A stretch of 63,957 bases of DNA, counting the filler, from Octopus bimaculoides (Eukaryota): the NCBI RefSeq assembly GCF_001194135.2. It is 5 parts of 5 records of this genome, joined end to end, with 100 filler letters (N's around TTAATTAATTAA, not from the genome) between each part and the next. Parts side by side here need not be neighbours in the genome. Positions count along the whole stretch, not along the records: positions 62,926 to 63,957 come from NW_026425601.1; 4 more parts are not named here. One strand, given 5' to 3'. A model generated the notes under the pieces. That model searched no databases and had not been told where the DNA came from. It was given only the letters and a program-made list of their open reading frames with translations. Below are positions 63,227 to 63,957 of this stretch, piece by piece. A program made the position numbers and the translations under genes. How positions within the stretch are numbered: the stretch's first letter is position 1; each line of letters begins with the position of its first letter.

Positions 63227-63957
63227 ATGGAGAAAGCACCGGTAGTTGGCCAAAGTTATGCGGCCGCGACTGGAAAAGGAACAGACGAAGGAAAGCTGGA
63301 AATAATTGAAATTAAGGTTGACCCGAAGAAGATGAAGGAATGTGAGAAGTTGCTGGCGAGGGTCGGAAACACGCTGACGTTGACACCGCCTGTGGAACTG
63401 ACAGAAGGTGTAAGAAAGAGAACTGTAGTTTTTAAAACCATGAAGGTGGCAACTAGAAGGATAGAGCTCGCGACAGTTGAGGAGATCGAGGAGTGCCTGA
63501 AAGGTATCAGAAAGCAAACAACTTTTGTAACTAGACGAAAAAAATATGCCACTTTGGAGGTACGATTTGCAACGGAAATACAAGCAATTAAGAACTGTAC
63601 GGAAGCTATACGATCGGAGGAATGGGTGCTGTTGCCGTCGTACTGTGGCAAACGTGTGGCCAGAGTGCGAATAGGCAAACTACCCCCAGAACTAGATGAA
63701 GCATGGCTCATGACAGCAATAAAGTACAACATGAAGGAAGAGGCCAAGATATTGAAGGCCACAAGAACAAAGAGTGTGGATTATTGGGGATATGGAATCG
63801 AACTGACTATTCAGGCAACAGTGGAAGACCTTAATAGAATTGACGAGGAGATAGCGCTACCTGACGACCAAAAATTAAGAGTGAAAGTGGAGGGCAGGCC
63901 GCCTACATGTGGCGAGAAAGGCCACATGAAGGCGAGATGCCCGCAGAGAGAACCAAC
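63227..63957 (+). CDS. ORF1 (gag-like RNA-binding protein) of an L1/Tx1-type non-LTR retrotransposon, open to the window edge
   Basis: ATG at 63227, 243 codons with no stop: MEKAPVVGQSYAAATG..YATLEVRF..WVLLPSYCGKRVARVRIGKLPPE..LRVKVEGRPPTCGEKGHMKARCPQREP. Has a SYAAA motif, an RRM-like middle and a partial zinc knuckle. Absent from the ORF track because it has no stop in the window. Confidence 0.82.
   Translation, partial: MEKAPVVGQSYAAATGKGTDEGKLEIIEIKVDPKKMKECEKLLARVGNTLTLTPPVELTEGVRKRTVVFKTMKVATRRIELATVEEIEECLKGIRKQTTFVTRRKKYATLEVRFATEIQAIKNCTEAIRSEEWVLLPSYCGKRVARVRIGKLPPELDEAWLMTAIKYNMKEEAKILKATRTKSVDYWGYGIELTIQATVEDLNRIDEEIALPDDQKLRVKVEGRPPTCGEKGHMKARCPQREP

Overview
AT-rich eukaryotic draft-assembly DNA, almost entirely repeats, simple repeats and N gaps. 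The SINE families, microsatellite load and assembly style match my recollection of an octopus (probably Octopus bimaculoides); this is inference, not a database match. I found no convincing host protein-coding gene, rRNA, tRNA gene or CRISPR. Nearly all long ORFs in the supplied track are artefacts of N runs or microsatellites. Supported content: (1) four Tc1/mariner relics: one full-length DD34D copy with both TIRs, two internally deleted DD34D copies and one DD37D/maT copy; (2) a pogo/Tigger-like MITE and a hAT MITE; (3) non-LTR retrotransposon relics of L1/Tx1, RTE/BovB-like and R4/Dong-like (RLE) type; (4) a decayed Penelope-like element with a hammerhead-ribozyme-like motif upstream on the same strand; (5) about 25 copies or fragments of three tRNA-like SINE groups; (6) an uninterrupted 243-codon L1/Tx1-type ORF1 running off the right edge, which the ORF track missed. 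Four identical 100-bp N44-TTAATTAATTAA-N44 spacers show that the window is five joined scaffolds. The best leads are the Penelope hammerhead and related relics, the open ORF1 with a truncated zinc knuckle, the SINE architecture (internal microsatellite or cargo slot, shared core, head-to-tail pairs, inverted pairs), a 26-bp-arm palindrome and a few unexplained splice-site-bounded open frames. I cannot claim a new biological system from the sequence alone.
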